DNA of 64,000 nucleotides from Eledone cirrhosa (lineage: Eukaryota): the NCBI GenBank assembly GCA_964016885.1, contig OZ024740.1, positions 24,304,001 through 24,368,000 on the forward strand, read 5' to 3'. Below the pieces are notes generated by a model that saw only the letters and a list, made by a program, of their open reading frames with translations, did no database searches and was not told the origin of the DNA. Position 1 is the first letter of the stretch; each line of letters begins with the position of its first letter. The position numbers and the translations under genes are program-made. Below are positions 43,757-57,976 of the stretch, piece by piece.

Positions 43757-44914
43757 ACTCTTATTATTCTCTTTTTAATTACCCTTTCTGATTTACTTTC
43801 ATTTTTATCCTTATCATTAATTTCATTTATTTTTATTTTTATATATATTTTTTTATTTTTTATTTTTACTTCACATCCACCAATACCCCCCTCCCGCCTT
43901 ATTCTCCGATTCACTTAACTAATATTTTCACTTCACATTTTTACTCCCCTATTTCCTTCACTAACTGATTACAGTTGTCATTTGTGTTTTCCACTCCAGA
44001 TATATTTTTTATTTTTATTTTTATTATTTTTTTATTTTTTCGCAGCCAATCTTACAATTTTATATTTGTACTTACTTATCCACAAGTTTTTTACACCCTG
44101 TATCAATGTGGCTGAACGCCTTAATGTGTGTATACTTTCTATATATGTACATGAGCGACTACGTATGTGCGCGCGCGTGTGTGTATATATATATATATAT
44201 ATGTGTATGTATGCGTATGTGTATGTGTCTTTATATCCGTGTTTTTACATCTAGGTTTTATGTTTTGTTCCTTTTTTCTTTTCCCCCCTTTTTTTTACTT
44301 ACTCATTTTTATGCGTGTGCATGCAAACAGGTCAATATGCGTGAGTGTAAGTATGTGTGTGTGTGTGTGTGTGAGTACGTATCGAGCGTATGGATGTGTA
44401 AGTGTGCGTGTGTATATAAGCATGTATATTTTTGCGTTTATTTTGTGAGATATACGTGTGTGTGTATGTATGTACCTTTTTTGTCTTCTTTTCTTTAATT
44501 TTTTCTTTCTAAACTTATTGTTCCATTTTTATAAATATATCGAGATTGATACTTTCCTTTAATTATTACACTCCCTTACCTCTTTTACTTCCGCATCTAA
44601 GTGTACGTGTGTGTAGGTGTGTTTATGCGCGTGCCTTCATATTCTTATGATGTATCTATTCTGTCTGTAGATTACAGACATACAGATACATTTGCCCTAA
44701 ATTATATATTTACGCACACTTTTTCACTATACGTATACATATGTGCATACATATATATGCACATCTGTGAGCGTATATACATACATATACACACACCTAA
44801 CTATATTTCTTGAAAGATTATTATATGTTTCATATTCTAATTCATTTGTCTATATCTTTTTTGTTTTTTTTGCTTTTCTTGATGAGACTTTCCAAGTATT
44901 TACCCATGTTTTAT

Positions 44915-44992
44915 ATTGCCTCGTCTGACGAACGAATGAAGACGTTTCTTTCGTATTCGCCTCATTCGGGAAACCTCTGGTAATGAGGTAAT
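44915..44992 (+). ncRNA. Type-I hammerhead ribozyme
   Basis: attgcctcgt-CTGACGA-a cgaatga..tcattcg g-GAAA-cc tct gg-TA-atgaggtaat, with a 10-bp stem I. Confidence 0.88.
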
Positions 44993-45139
44993 TATATTGT
45001 ATTGATTTTTATACATTAAATTTTGCTCTGATACTTACATAGAGCACTCTTCACTTCTATGACCTTTTCTGTTTTCAACGGAAATTTCAATACTTATATA
45101 TATAGAAAAGAATGAAATGAAATCTCATTTCTCACTCTT

Positions 45140-45525
45140 TCGGCAACCATCGTCGCCCTCTTGTTCAACACTGACAAAGGAACGCTGTACTAGTTTCAAG
45201 CTTATTAGCTATCGTCAGCAATGTATACCTTCCTGCCAGATGATTGAACGTCTGAAAGCATATACTTTTCTTATGCATATTAACGGCTGAGCAGCCTAAT
45301 TTGCATATCGAGTGAGTTAGTCGGCCGGGCGTACCGAAAACGATAAATGGAATAGAATGAAACGAAATTTCATTTCTCACTCTTAGTACGGCTGTTACTT
45401 AAATGTAAGTATGTATACGTACATACATATATGTATACAGACGTACAGTAGTAGGTATATATATATACATACATGCACACATATATATATGTACATATGG
45501 GTTTACCGAACTTTTATTATAATGT
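45140..45525 (-). mobile_element. Second copy of the ~430-nt HHR element, circularly permuted relative to 7535-7966
   Basis: Reverse complement of 7535-7880, preceded (on the minus strand) by the segment found at the end of the 7535 copy. Confidence 0.8.
45183..45223 (-). ncRNA. Minimal type-I hammerhead ribozyme
   Basis: Minus strand: cattg-CTGACGA-tagctaataagctt-GAAA-ctag-TA-cagcg. The core is identical to 7804-7839. Confidence 0.8.
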
Positions 45526-45569
45526 ATAGTTTATTATAATGTATAATTTATTATAATGTATTATTACGG

Positions 45570-46200
45570 GGGATTGTCAGTATCGGTAGATGGTCGGACG
45601 CCATGCTTTGCACCAAAGAGTTATAGCCCTTTATAGTATGAGTTCAAATCTTACCGAGGTTAACTTTGCCTTTCATCCTTACGGGGTCGATAAAATAAAG
45701 TACCAGTAATACACTGAATAATTGCTGGCCATGTGCCAAAAGCAGAAACAATTATTATAAATTATTATTATTTAAGGGCGGTGGATTGGCAGTATCGCTA
45801 GAGGGTCGGACGCCAAGCTTTGATGCATAGCGTTACGGCCCTTGCCATTCTGAGTTCAAATTCCGCCGAGGTTAACTTTGCCTTTTATCCTTCCAGGGTC
45901 GATAAAATAAAGTACCAGTAATGAACTGGGTAATTGCTGGCCTTGTGTCAAAAGTAGAAACAATTATTATTTATTATAATGTATTATTATAAATTATTAT
46001 TATTTATAATAATACATTATAAAAAATAATCGGTAGAGAGTCGGACGCCATGCTTTCCAGCATAGTTACGTCCCATTACGGTCTGAGTTCAAATCCCGCC
46101 GAGGTTAACTTTGCCTTTCATCCTTACGGGGTCGATAAAATAATGTACCAGTAATGTACTGGGTATTTGATGGCCTTGTGCCAAAAGTAGAAACAATTAT
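45570..46200 (+). mobile_element. Three head-to-tail SINE copies separated by (TTA)-rich spacers
   Basis: Units at ~45570-45755, 45776-45965 and 46030-46200, each ending agaaacaattat. Confidence 0.85.
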
Positions 46201-46309
46201 TATTTATTATAATATATAATTTATTATAACATTTATTGTAATAAATGTTCGGTAAACCCATACGTACATATATATATATATATATGTGCATGCATATATA
46301 TATACATAC

Positions 46310-46357
<48 letters not shown>

Positions 46358-46489
46358 ATATCTTTGTATAATTATACATATATATCTGTTTGTGTTAATA
46401 TATACATATGTGTAACCCTATATGTGTATTTATGTATGTATGCTTGTATGTATGCATCAATTAAAATTGGGTAGTATATTAGAACGGAA

Positions 46490-47900
46490 ATCGTATGGGC
46501 AGCGTTCGTTATGCATAAGGACCATAAAGAGAAGTTTGCCTTTAGCTCCCAAATGACTATTAATTAACCCCGTTAAAATCGAAATCGGATTAATTAGGAA
46601 GAACATTTTGAGTAGCATTAAGAACAAAATTTAGAAAGACAAATTTCCCGCATTGAAATAACAGCAGCATGGTCATTAATTCGTTTAAGTATATTAATAA
46701 AACAATTATCTCCAGGTTTACCCAATTTGACATTGTTGAATAGTACCGTTCACTATCTAAATCTCTACTCGTTAGCGTCCTACAAATCGCCCAGAGTAAT
46801 AATACGGTAGAAGATGATAAAGTAGAGATTATCTTGCATGAGAGGAAAATAAAACCTTTTCACAATTATTCTGTTTGCTCTAAAACATGATAGCAGCTTG
46901 GTAATTCATCTGTAAAAATGAAGGGTCGTACGGCAACGTGCACATTTGTGACTAGGTGAAGTTAAACCTTATATTTAATAAACAAGAAATTGACTATAAA
47001 CTATAGAAGGATGTCAGGTTGTCTATAGCCCATCACGTTAAATGAAATACATTAGATACACTATAAAAATACTTCATTTATATATTCTATACGTTTAGCC
47101 TAAAAAGACAATTACAAATAGTCTAACTATTGTTAAATGACTATAAGTTACCTCGAAATAAACTTAAAAGTAACTAAACACATTAGCCAAACGTGTGTAT
47201 AACATACATTAAAATAGGCCCCTGCCTATAACATACAACATTTAGTTAATAATAGTAGAAGAGTATCTACTTTGTGTACTAATATGTATATTTCCGTGTG
47301 GGGACTCAAGCGGCAACCTTCTCTTCAGCATGGACAACGAATAAGGGAGAGCCTCTATTTTCTTAAATGTTAAGTACAAACTTTGCCAAGATGTTTCCCT
47401 TTGGTATATACTTAATGAAATGTACTAAAAATAGTCTTAATTCTCGAAACAGTTTCATATCATTAGAGGAAACATTATAACTAAAAGAACACCAACATCA
47501 AACGAGGTGAAGTATATAGACATAAACACCAACAAATGCCAACCCAATAAGCAATTGTATATGAAGTAGAATTAACTCTACGATACCAACCTTGGAATAC
47601 TACACAATCAACAGATAGATATGATCGATGGATAATTTCAACATGTAGACTGTAGCCGTAATTCCTTATTTATCGAGAATAACAAGAAATATAAGTGAGT
47701 CTGGTGGCATAATGTAATTGAAGTTTATAAAAGTCAGAATATCACTGTTCTCTAGGATATATAACAAAGGAAATATTTGTGAACTAATTCAGGATGGAAA
47801 AAGCCTCATTAAAGAACAATACCTGAAGAATTCAGTTAACTATTTAAACACAAAGAGAGGATTTTTTGGGAAAAGTTTAGAGAGAAAAATATTTATTAAA
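46490..47900 (+). pseudogene. Heavily decayed Naiad-like PLE RT region
   Basis: AAFVMHKDHKEKF, LINPVKIEIG, RFTQFDIVE, ILHE(R)K are collinear with 42135-42490. The 3' limit is uncertain. Confidence 0.65.
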
Positions 47901-48217
47901 TCACTTGAGTTCCTGATCAACATCAAACTAAACATCCCATACCAAGCCTACACAAGTAGATATATCATTTAATGTATATGCTTGTTGGATGCATGCATCA
48001 ATATTATAAACGTGCGTGTAGATGCAATCCCCACGCATATAAAATATATTATCATAATCTAAAGTACCCCCTAACATTCCGTATCACCAATTTCAAATAG
48101 ATCTCAATTGATTTTCAATTTTATTTCCGTCCGTTTTATTACATATATTTTTATCCTCTTCACGTTCACTTTTTTTTCTGTACACATAAACACACATTCA
48201 CGCACGCCCACTCAAAC

Positions 48218-48332
<115 letters not shown>

Positions 48333-48520
48333 ATGTGTGTGTGGGTGTGTCTATATATATATATATCAGCTGAAAATGCTCTTGATTACAAATAACTTCG
48401 CTTTCATCTGTCGAATCATCAGAAATTTAATGAGGAAATACTATTGATAAAATATGGAAAGATGAGTAGAAATGTAGTAGAGTGTAAGTGGGAGTAGATC
48501 TGTAAAGGAAAAATAAGGGA

Positions 48521-49150
48521 GGTTGGTGGGTGAGGATGGTGGGTGAGGATGGGGTGGGTGAGGATATGTGGGTGAGGTTGGTGGGTGAGGGTGGTGTGAG
48601 GGTGGTGGGTGAGGGTGAGGGTGGGTGGTGAGGGTGGTGGGTGAGGATGGTGGGTGAGGTTGGTGGGTGAGGATGGTGGGTGATGATGGGTGGGTGAGGA
48701 TGGGTGGGTGAGGATGGGTGGATGGGGATGGGTGGGTGAGGATGGGTGGGTGAGGGTGGTGGATGGGGATGGGTGGGTGAGGATGGATGGATGAGGATGG
48801 TGGGTGAGGATGGGGTGTGTGGATGGGGTGTGAGGATGGGGGGTGAGGTTGGTGGGTGAGGATGGTGGGTGATGATGGGTGGGTGAGGATGGGTGGGTGA
48901 GGATGGGTGGATGGGGATGGGTGGGTGAGGATGGGTGGGTGAGGGTGGTGGATGGGGATGGGTGGGTGAGGATGGATGGATGAGGATGGTGGGTGAGGAT
49001 GGGGTGTGTGGATGGGGTGTGAGGATGGGGGGTTAGTATGTAGGAGAATGGAGGGGGGTGAGGATGGGCGGGTGAGGATGGATGGGGGAGAATGGGTGGG
49101 TGAGGATGGGTGGACGAGGATGGATGGGGAGGATTGTGGGTGAGGCTGGG
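48521..49150. repeat. G-rich (GGTGGGTGAGGAT)-type minisatellite with ~190-bp internal duplication
   Basis: Read directly from the sequence. Confidence 0.85.
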
Positions 49151-49480
49151 TTACTAGATATCTAGGTCTAAACGGGCGGATTAAAATATATATATATAAT
49201 GGTGATATATTTAATTATTCAGAAAACTGTTGAGAAGAAATACATCATTAGATTACAGTATGATTTTGGACGATATCATATGGGCGATTTAATTAAAAAC
49301 TATTTATTCTGAAACATGTCACTTGGTTAGTATGATATCGCTTATTGATATTATTCATATATTCTCTGTGTGATAAACAGTTTTGAAATATCCTAGCGTT
49401 CTAATCCGAGAAGTTACTAAATAACTGTGAATGGTGGAATATTAGACAAGGATATTTCGTATGGACATACTTTATAGTTT

Positions 49481-49524
<44 letters not shown>

Positions 49525-49739
49525 AAACTGTAAAGTCTGTCCATAGAATCATTTGATAATATATATACACCATTTCCTCTCCCAATTAGCATAATCAACC
49601 ACAAAGAAAAAACAATTAAAGCAGGCTATAAGATTAAAAGGCACCTATGAAGAAATAGTAGATAAATAAACGACAGCAATCTATTTGCGATCAACCGCCA
49701 TAGAATATTTACCCAACATTTCAATAGCATGTGTGTATG

Positions 49740-49775
<36 letters not shown>

Positions 49776-49829
49776 AATAGTGTGTGTGTGCGCATGCGTG
49801 CGCGCGTGTGTGTTCGTGTGTGTGAAGAC

Positions 49830-50145
49830 ACATTGTTTAGTGGTTAGGGCCTTGGGCTTGCAATTGGGAGGTTCTGAGTTCGATTCTCGGACCGGGTGGG
49901 TGTTGTGTCCTTGAGCAAGACACTTCATTTCGCGTTGTTCAGTTTAGTCAGCAGTAGAGATGAGTTGCAGTGTCATTAGTGCCAAGCTGTATCGACCTTA
50001 GACAACGTCGGTGGCTAGGAGAGAGGAGATTGGTAGGCAGGGGTCAGTGCTGGTCTGCCACACACAAACTTGCCCAGACTTGTGCCTCAGGGGAGAGTAA
50101 CTTTCTACGTGCAAATCCCATGGTCATCTGTGAACAACAAAGGGA
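49830..50145 (+). mobile_element. tRNA-derived SINE
   Basis: ttagtggttag (A-box-like), gagttcgattc (B-box-like), then tgttgtgtccttgagcaagacacttcatttc. Confidence 0.7.
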
Positions 50146-50514
50146 GTTCTTTCTCGCTCTCTCTCTCTATCTGTCCCTCTCTCTCTAACACACACATACA
50201 CCTCTCTCTCACTCTCTCTATATATATATATATATATAGGTGGACCATAACGCACCAGAGTACTCAATACATAGGGTAGTAGAGTGGGAAATAGGAAAAA
50301 GTATGACCCCGACGGCAGAGCTCAAGCCGATTCGACGGCTATTTCAGACCAGAAATAGCCGTCGAAACGGCTTGAGCTCTGCCGTCGGGGTCATACTTTT
50401 TCCTATATATATATTTGTATATATACATATATATATATATATGTGAAACTAATATTAACATTTGTACTGCCTCTTCGCTTTCACGTTGTTTTTTTTGTTA
50501 TTTCTTTACTGTCT

Positions 50515-51427
<913 letters not shown>

Positions 51428-51756
51428 TAAAGCGTAAATAAATACCTCTATAACTATATAACACACGTTATATGATTATATTTTTAATTATCGTGTCTAT
51501 ACTCTGCCTTTCATAGGTTATAGATTCTATACACTGGTGGTTTTTCCCTGTTTTATTGATAGCGCACTGTATCTCTCTCTAGTGTGTTACCTTTTCAACA
51601 TATTGTATTTATTGACAATCCTTATGAAACAAGGGAGATAACCAACTTTATTGACATAAATATAAACATCAGATTCATTTGAAGATAAATCAATAATATT
51701 ATCGTTTGTTTCTTGTTTATTATTTGTTGCATTTCAAACCTCGGGCAAATCTGGTA

Positions 51757-51788
<32 letters not shown>

Positions 51789-51817
51789 GTGCTTGCACAA
51801 CAGTTAGTTCACCATAC

Positions 51818-51855
51818 CAAGAACAAATGTTTCACCTTAGCGGATCCTCAGCTCG
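51818..51855 (-). ncRNA. Minimal hammerhead ribozyme within a fold-back element (~51784-51918)
   Basis: Minus strand: cgag-CTGAGGA-tcc gctaa ggt-GAAA-catttg-TT-cttg. Confidence 0.65.
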
Positions 51856-51979
51856 TAATGGGCATGATTATAACGATGTTCTCGGTATGGTGAACTAACT
51901 GTTGTGTAACCACTTCTACCTAACTCGTCCCATGGATTGAGTGCTCTACCACTATGGATATTACCTTCAAGTGTTATAC

Positions 51980-52017
<38 letters not shown>

Positions 52018-52169
52018 TTATATATATATAAATGTATTACAGAAAAAAAGAGAATCAGTGTTGCGACCAAAGGACTGATTTTCTTTTTTTCTGTGATATA
52101 TTTTGCTCTACGAGGGCATTGAGTGCTCATACGGCCTACCGCATACGGACGCTTTAAACATCCAACACC

Positions 52170-52250
<81 letters not shown>

Positions 52251-53138
52251 TACTAAGTACGCTTAGATGCAATCGGTAATAACAGGGAAACTTGTGCTAG
52301 TCCGGTCAACTTTTTATTACTTTCTCCCAACTAGCAGATTCATAATGAAAGTCTGTCGAATATTTTCCCCATTTTTTTTTTATTTTGTTTGTTTAAAATA
52401 TAGGCTCTAGTACCAGTTCTATATTTCTCTCTCACTCACCTATTGAATCGTACAAGTGAGATTGATCGGTCTTAAACACGTGGTTGGCCGAATTCGAATT
52501 CTAACCAGCGTGTTAACTCTATATTGCTGTATAATTGCCTGTTGGCATTTAATGACCGGGAAGGTTTTAGGTACTACCATCATTTACCATCGGACCGTAT
52601 TCGCCATGGTACTTGGAGACTAGAGCTGAGTGCTACCATTCTATTGTACAGCAATTCGAGACTAATTTTCTCTAATAACCGGATTTTTTCACTCACTCGT
52701 TAATTTGTGTTTGACTTGAGATATGTTGGTGTATCCTTATGGAGGAATGGAATGAATATAATTTCCACTTCTACCATCACGTAAATTTCTGAATCTGTGG
52801 CCAATCGGTTGACGGCATTTTGATGACGCGTAGGGATTTCAGTTACCAATGTACTATTGAGTCACCTATCGCATTCTCTGCTATAGGCAGCACGGACTGG
52901 AATCGAATTTTGTTGATCGATTGGTTATTGATTTGGCGAGACCCGCTGATGAATTCACATGCGCCGATTGTGCATTGTTGCTGCATCGAGTACGGGTATA
53001 GATTTACGGTAGCCATTTACGTGCGTTATATTGAAGCAATTATCTTTGTGTCTACTCTGGGATATTCACATAACCTTACCTATTGAGTACGCCGAAATGC
53101 AACCGGTACTAGCAGGGAAACCTTATGCTAATCCCGTC

Positions 53139-53235
<97 letters not shown>

Positions 53236-53243
53236 ATATAGAA

Positions 53244-53343
53244 GAGATTCTACAGGACTAGAACTGTTTCATTCGTGAGAAATCATCGGGAATCTCTGAT
53301 GATTTCTCGCGGATGAAACAGTTCTAGTCCTGTAGAATATCTC
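53244..53343. repeat. ~100-bp near-perfect palindrome with a partial HHR-like core (CTGATGA..GAAAC at 53296-53319)
   Basis: ttctacaggactagaactgtttca.. / ..tgaaacagttctagtcctgtagaa. Confidence 0.75.
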
Positions 53344-53425
53344 CTCTATTAAAACCTTTATACTCTGCTATGTATTGAGTACCTTACTTACTGTGGTTAC
53401 CTCCGATTCAACCCCCGGAATAACT

Positions 53426-53577
<152 letters not shown>

Positions 53578-54063
53578 TTACTCTGAGTCAATATTTAGTG
53601 AAGGAAATGATGTTGTAAGATTCTGAACTTTGGGTTAAAGAAAAATCGCTAAAATTCATATTTTATGTGAAGCAAATATTTTATAAATAGCTGTAATAGA
53701 ATAAGAGATCTTTAGAGTTTTATTTAATATTCTTTGTTAAAAGTCTTGCAGTACTTGTGGACGAGGTGGAATGTTATTTATGAAATATTATGGAATATAT
53801 TCGCTACAGTTGCAGAAATGTATTGGTTATATGGAAGATTGAACCAGGTGTTGTTTATTCTACGTTTTCGATTTCTCTTGGTTCATGACATATTAATAAT
53901 TTAATCATCTCCTCAAAACAATTTCGTCAATATACTTGTATCGTATATAACACACTATTTCACAAGAAGAAGAAGAAGAAGAAGAAGAAGAAGAAGAAGA
54001 AGAAGAAGAAGAAGAAGAAGAAGAAGAAGAAGAAGAAGAAGAAGAAGAAGAAGAAGAAAGTAG

Positions 54064-54340
54064 AGGTGCATGGCCTAGTGGTAAGGATGCTGGACTTATG
54101 ATCAATAATGTCATTGGTTTGATTGTTGGGCTGGGTTGCCTGTTGTGTTCTTGAGTAAATCACTTAACTTCACGTTGCCCTAGTATATTCAGCTGAAAAT
54201 GAGTAACAACAATATCTGTTGGCTTAATCCTGCAACGGGCTTGCCTTCTGTCCAGGAGAGAGGGCTAGGGTTACCAGTCGTTTAACGCCACGGAAACTTG
54301 GACAAGTATCGTCTTGACGAGGCCTAATGTTCGAAAGAGA
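54064..54340 (+). mobile_element. tRNA-derived SINE following a (GAA)n tract
   Basis: ggtgcatggcctagtggtaagg..ggtttgatt..tgttgtgttcttgagtaaatcactt; related to 56572-56830. Confidence 0.65.
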
Positions 54341-54640
54341 CTTCAGAAAAAGATGGTGATTTAAAGAGATATCAAAGTCATGAGTGTCTCATTGGCTGAG
54401 GGGTGTGAGAGTGCGTGATCCACTAGTTTACAAATAAACCTCTACAATAAACCTCTGGCTGACATCTGTTAAGCTAAAATATTCCTCTGTCGGTTTTTGA
54501 AAATGAGTGTTCCAGTTATTCCATCAACTGAACTACCTGTGTGTTGAATTTATTTGGATGTTACAGAATGTTCCACAGACTTATGTATCTTAGGGAGATT
54601 CAGTGCAACCGAATGTGCATCGCATCTGGCTCTTTACATT

Positions 54641-55852
54641 CAGAGGTTATGAAAGTGGGCGCTACCACCGTCCACTGGGGGCGTCGAGAAGGTTCAGAGA
54701 GCGCTGGGGCCTAAGGAGGCGATGGGGGTTACAGATGATATAATAGTATATTAAATATCAAATGATAGATATTATATATAAATACTAGCAGTAGAACCCG
54801 GCGTTGCACGGGGTAAGGTATTTTGGTACGCGGGCCTCAACAGACATACTCGTGGAAAAACTGCATGCCTGGACAATATGTAAAGAAAATAAACCGAATA
54901 CTGTGATGACTGGTTAATCTTTAAGATTTTCCTCGGTGAAGCAGGAAAAATGCTGGTTTTCACCTAATGCGGGCCCTAGGGGATAAAGAAAATGAATTCT
55001 TTTTATGTGCATAATATGCCTTGAAATTTCGGGAAAATCGGCTAAAATCGCCTAAAAAAAGCCCTAAAAAGCTGAATAAATGAAGTTTTCCACCTAATGC
55101 GGGCCCTAGGCCCTAGACAAGTTGGATTTTCTCTGCTCACGGTATGAAGAAGAGACTGACTAATAAATAGTTACAATTTCAAGGAAATCGGTCTGATGTA
55201 ACGCCTTAAAATACCCCTAAAAAGCTGAAAAAACGCAGTTTTTCACCTAATGCGGGCCCTAGGGGATAAAAAAACTGAATTTGTTATGTACATAACACTC
55301 CCTGAAACATAACGCAGGCCGCCAACAGACCTAATCGTGGAAAAACTGCATTACTAAACAATATGTAAAGAAAATAAACCGAATGCTCTGATGCAATTAG
55401 TATTAGGTATGCTTAGTCAGCAGGACAGATGTCACCACTTATGTCAGAGGGAAGTCTGCAATACTGCAAGACATGACGTGCAATCGGACAGCATGTGGAG
55501 CCTTCTCGAAGGAGTCCACCGCACCTTAGTAAGTAAACACAACTGGAAAAACGTTTACCAAACTGTGGGTATAATTTAACCAATTTAAAGAGGAATGGTA
55601 CAATAAAATGGGCCCCGGGACGTTTGCATGTTCACTGGCAGCCCTAAACGAAAGGGTCACCATCAGTTATTTCAAGGGCCCTTAAAAGGGCCTTGTAAGA
55701 CGTTTACTGACTCCCCAGTAAGGAGAGGTAACCATCAACAATTTCAAGTGGTGGCCCTAAAAAGGGTCATGTGAGCGTTCACTCGTAGCCCTTAATAGAG
55801 ACTTTGACTGCGTTCTCTGACATCTGGATGGCAAAATGTTTGAGAAACCCTG
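54641..55852. mobile_element. Possible hAT-like non-autonomous transposon with nested inserts
   Basis: Imperfect TIRs cagaggttatgaaa / tttgagaaaccctg. The target-site duplication (TSD) is not clean. Confidence 0.35.
54785..55392 (-). mobile_element. Helitron-like 3' end with internal repeats
   Basis: aCTAGcagtagaacccggcgttgcacggg hairpin end. 'cacctaatgcgggccctagg' occurs three times, and 54841-54900 is duplicated at ~55327-55385. Confidence 0.6.
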
Positions 55853-56179
55853 TTTTACTTTATAGATACAATGGAAATGATGGTCTTCTATACAGATTCA
55901 GACCACTCAATCTCGTCCCAAATGTTTGAGTCGACACTATGATATGGTAAAATATACTTGCTCAAGATGCCACGAAGTCTAACGAACTTGGAATCTCATG
56001 ATCGTGAAAGAACTGTCATAATATTTCGGCCGAACATCACCTATTCTATTATGAGCAATCGACAGTTATTTATAAGTGAATGTTAGTGCTTAACTTTGAT
56101 AGATTTCAGCTAGTATTGGCCCAGGCCATGTCTAATTTAATAAGATCACCTGGCCAAGTCAGGATCTGGACATCATGAT

Positions 56180-56450
56180 CCACTCATGTAGAGCGTTATT
56201 GTTTACGGAGACACATCCGGGTGTAGGAGGTTTATATGGGATTTCTTGGAGGAAGTGGTCCCAAGATTTTTAGAATTTTATGGATGCTTCTGTTTTTATG
56301 TGTTTTAGTGTAATGTTAAAGAGAGCAGGACCAACTAAGTTGAAATAGTTGTGCCGTAATGTTGTTATGAGATGCGGGTTTGATTTTTGTTGTAGGTGGA
56401 TTGCATGGGGCCTAGGCCTTAGGTGTGCTTTAAAGATGACGCCAACATCA
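56180..56450 (-). pseudogene. CR1-group LINE 3' ORF fragment
   Basis: TTLRHNYFNLVGPALFNI..HIK..DHFLQEIPYKPPTPG resembles the CR1-group GPxLFNxLP..LDxxLxxIPDxP motif. Confidence 0.55.
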
Positions 56451-56571
56451 CATGATTAAGAGAGGAGTACGTTTTATTTGATTTTAATTTTATCGATTCC
56501 TATTTTCTGTTATAAACTACTCCAAGCTCTATTTTGTTGTAGGTTATTTCTAGGTGGTCAACAATAACAAG

Positions 56572-56830
56572 CGTAGTTTAGTGGTAAGGGACGTACGATT
56601 ATTATGAGTTGGGTTCGATTCCTTGACTGGGTTATGTGTTGTGTTCTTCAGCAAAACACCTCATTTCACGTTGCCCCAGTATACACAGCTGAAAATGAGT
56701 ACCAGCAATAGCTGGGAATTTAACCCTGCGATGGACTGTCTTCCAGTTCAAAGGGTAGTCTGTACTCCCATTCGCTTCATGTCACGTATACTCTAGCATT
56801 AGCACCTGTCTGATGAGACACCTATCTCCA
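56572..56830 (+). mobile_element. tRNA-derived SINE
   Basis: tttagtggtaagg..ggttcgattcc..tgttgtgttcttcagcaaaacacc..cagctgaaaatgagtac. Confidence 0.65.
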
Positions 56831-56934
56831 GATAGACTATCACTTTAGACTAGACTAGATCGTCAGAAATATATATTTAACAACAATAATAAGCGAGCTA
56901 GTTAAAACAAACTGCTGATCATGATTGGAATATA

Positions 56935-57033
56935 CAGGGTGTCCCATAAAAATGTATACATACTTTGATTACCTGTACAGGCAATATTTATTAGAATGCT
57001 GTTGAAGTGTATATACATTTTTGGGGGCACCTT
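56935..57033. mobile_element. Tc1/mariner-type MITE (related remnant at ~41285-41360)
   Basis: ta|cagggtgtcccataaaaatgtatac ... gtatatacatttttgggggcacctt(a)ta, i.e. TIRs with TA flanks. Confidence 0.6.
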
Positions 57034-57284
57034 ATATTTAGTCACACGTCTGCAAGATCAGGGATATTCTGTGGATAAACAAACATAGCAAGAAAGAACA
57101 CATGATTGAATAAACGACTGGATAGCCATGGATGGAACAACTTTACAGATAGGTCTGTCGGATGAAGTCTGAATTGGAGATAAATATTATCAGCTCTCCA
57201 CCACATACTTGCATCCCATACACTTACTTTCTGCCCCTCCCGTTCTCCAGCATGCTGTCAGACTCTCTCTCTTTCTTTCTCTCT

Positions 57285-57416
<132 letters not shown>

Positions 57417-57540
57417 TATTCAGAGTATGGGGTTAACAGAACAGGGAGGTGAGGATCACATTATGGTCTGTCGGTTGTGAAGGAGATAAAAAGAAGCGCT
57501 CAAAGTCCTGCATAAATTGTACAAGACGGAGAATTTTATA

Positions 57541-57910
57541 TTAATAAAATACTGGAGGCCCTATCCAGTTGATTCAGGTTTATTTAAAACTCCGTTATAC
57601 ATATTTCACTGAGGAGTATCAGTTAAGATAGCCTGAGCTCTTCAGGCGGCAGAACCTAAATGCAGGGCCGGCCGTCGAATAAACAACACCAAGCGTTCGG
57701 CCGGCCCCATGCATCATGTAAAGAAAATCATCTTCCGCGAAATTATTGGATTTTTCCAAATTTAATGGTTTATTAGGAACTTTCAATGTTTATTTTAGGT
57801 TTTGCCGTCTGAAGAGTTCAGGCTATCTGAACTGATAGCCCTCAGTGAAATATGTATAATGGAGTTTTAAATAAACCTGAATCAACTGATTATGGCCTCC
57901 AATCTTTTAT

Positions 57911-57912
<2 letters not shown>
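57541..57912. repeat. Fold-back element, arms 57541-57660 / 57794-57912, with an HHR in each arm (57591-57650 -, 57804-57863 +)
   Basis: ccgt-CTGAAGA-..ggctatc tgaact gatagcc..-GAAA-tatgta-TA-atgg. Confidence 0.75.

Positions 57913-57972
<60 letters not shown>

Positions 57973-57976
<4 letters not shown>

Larger units (their letters stand above)
41891..45095 (+). mobile_element. 5'-truncated Penelope-like element, Naiad-like, with 3' HHR
   Basis: RT + GIY-YIG coding region to 43756, then a long 3' region with an HHR at 44915, bounded by (TA)n. Confidence 0.85.

Noticed and set aside
48390-48428. Minus-strand CTGATGA..GAAA
   Set aside because: Stems I, II and III do not pair convincingly.
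49830-49900. tRNA gene
   Set aside because: The A/B-box-like head continues into a SINE body and gives no full cloverleaf; the same holds for the other SINE heads.
52250-53140. Higher-complexity segment, possibly an exon or old transposon
   Set aside because: I could not support any motif or coherent reading frame.
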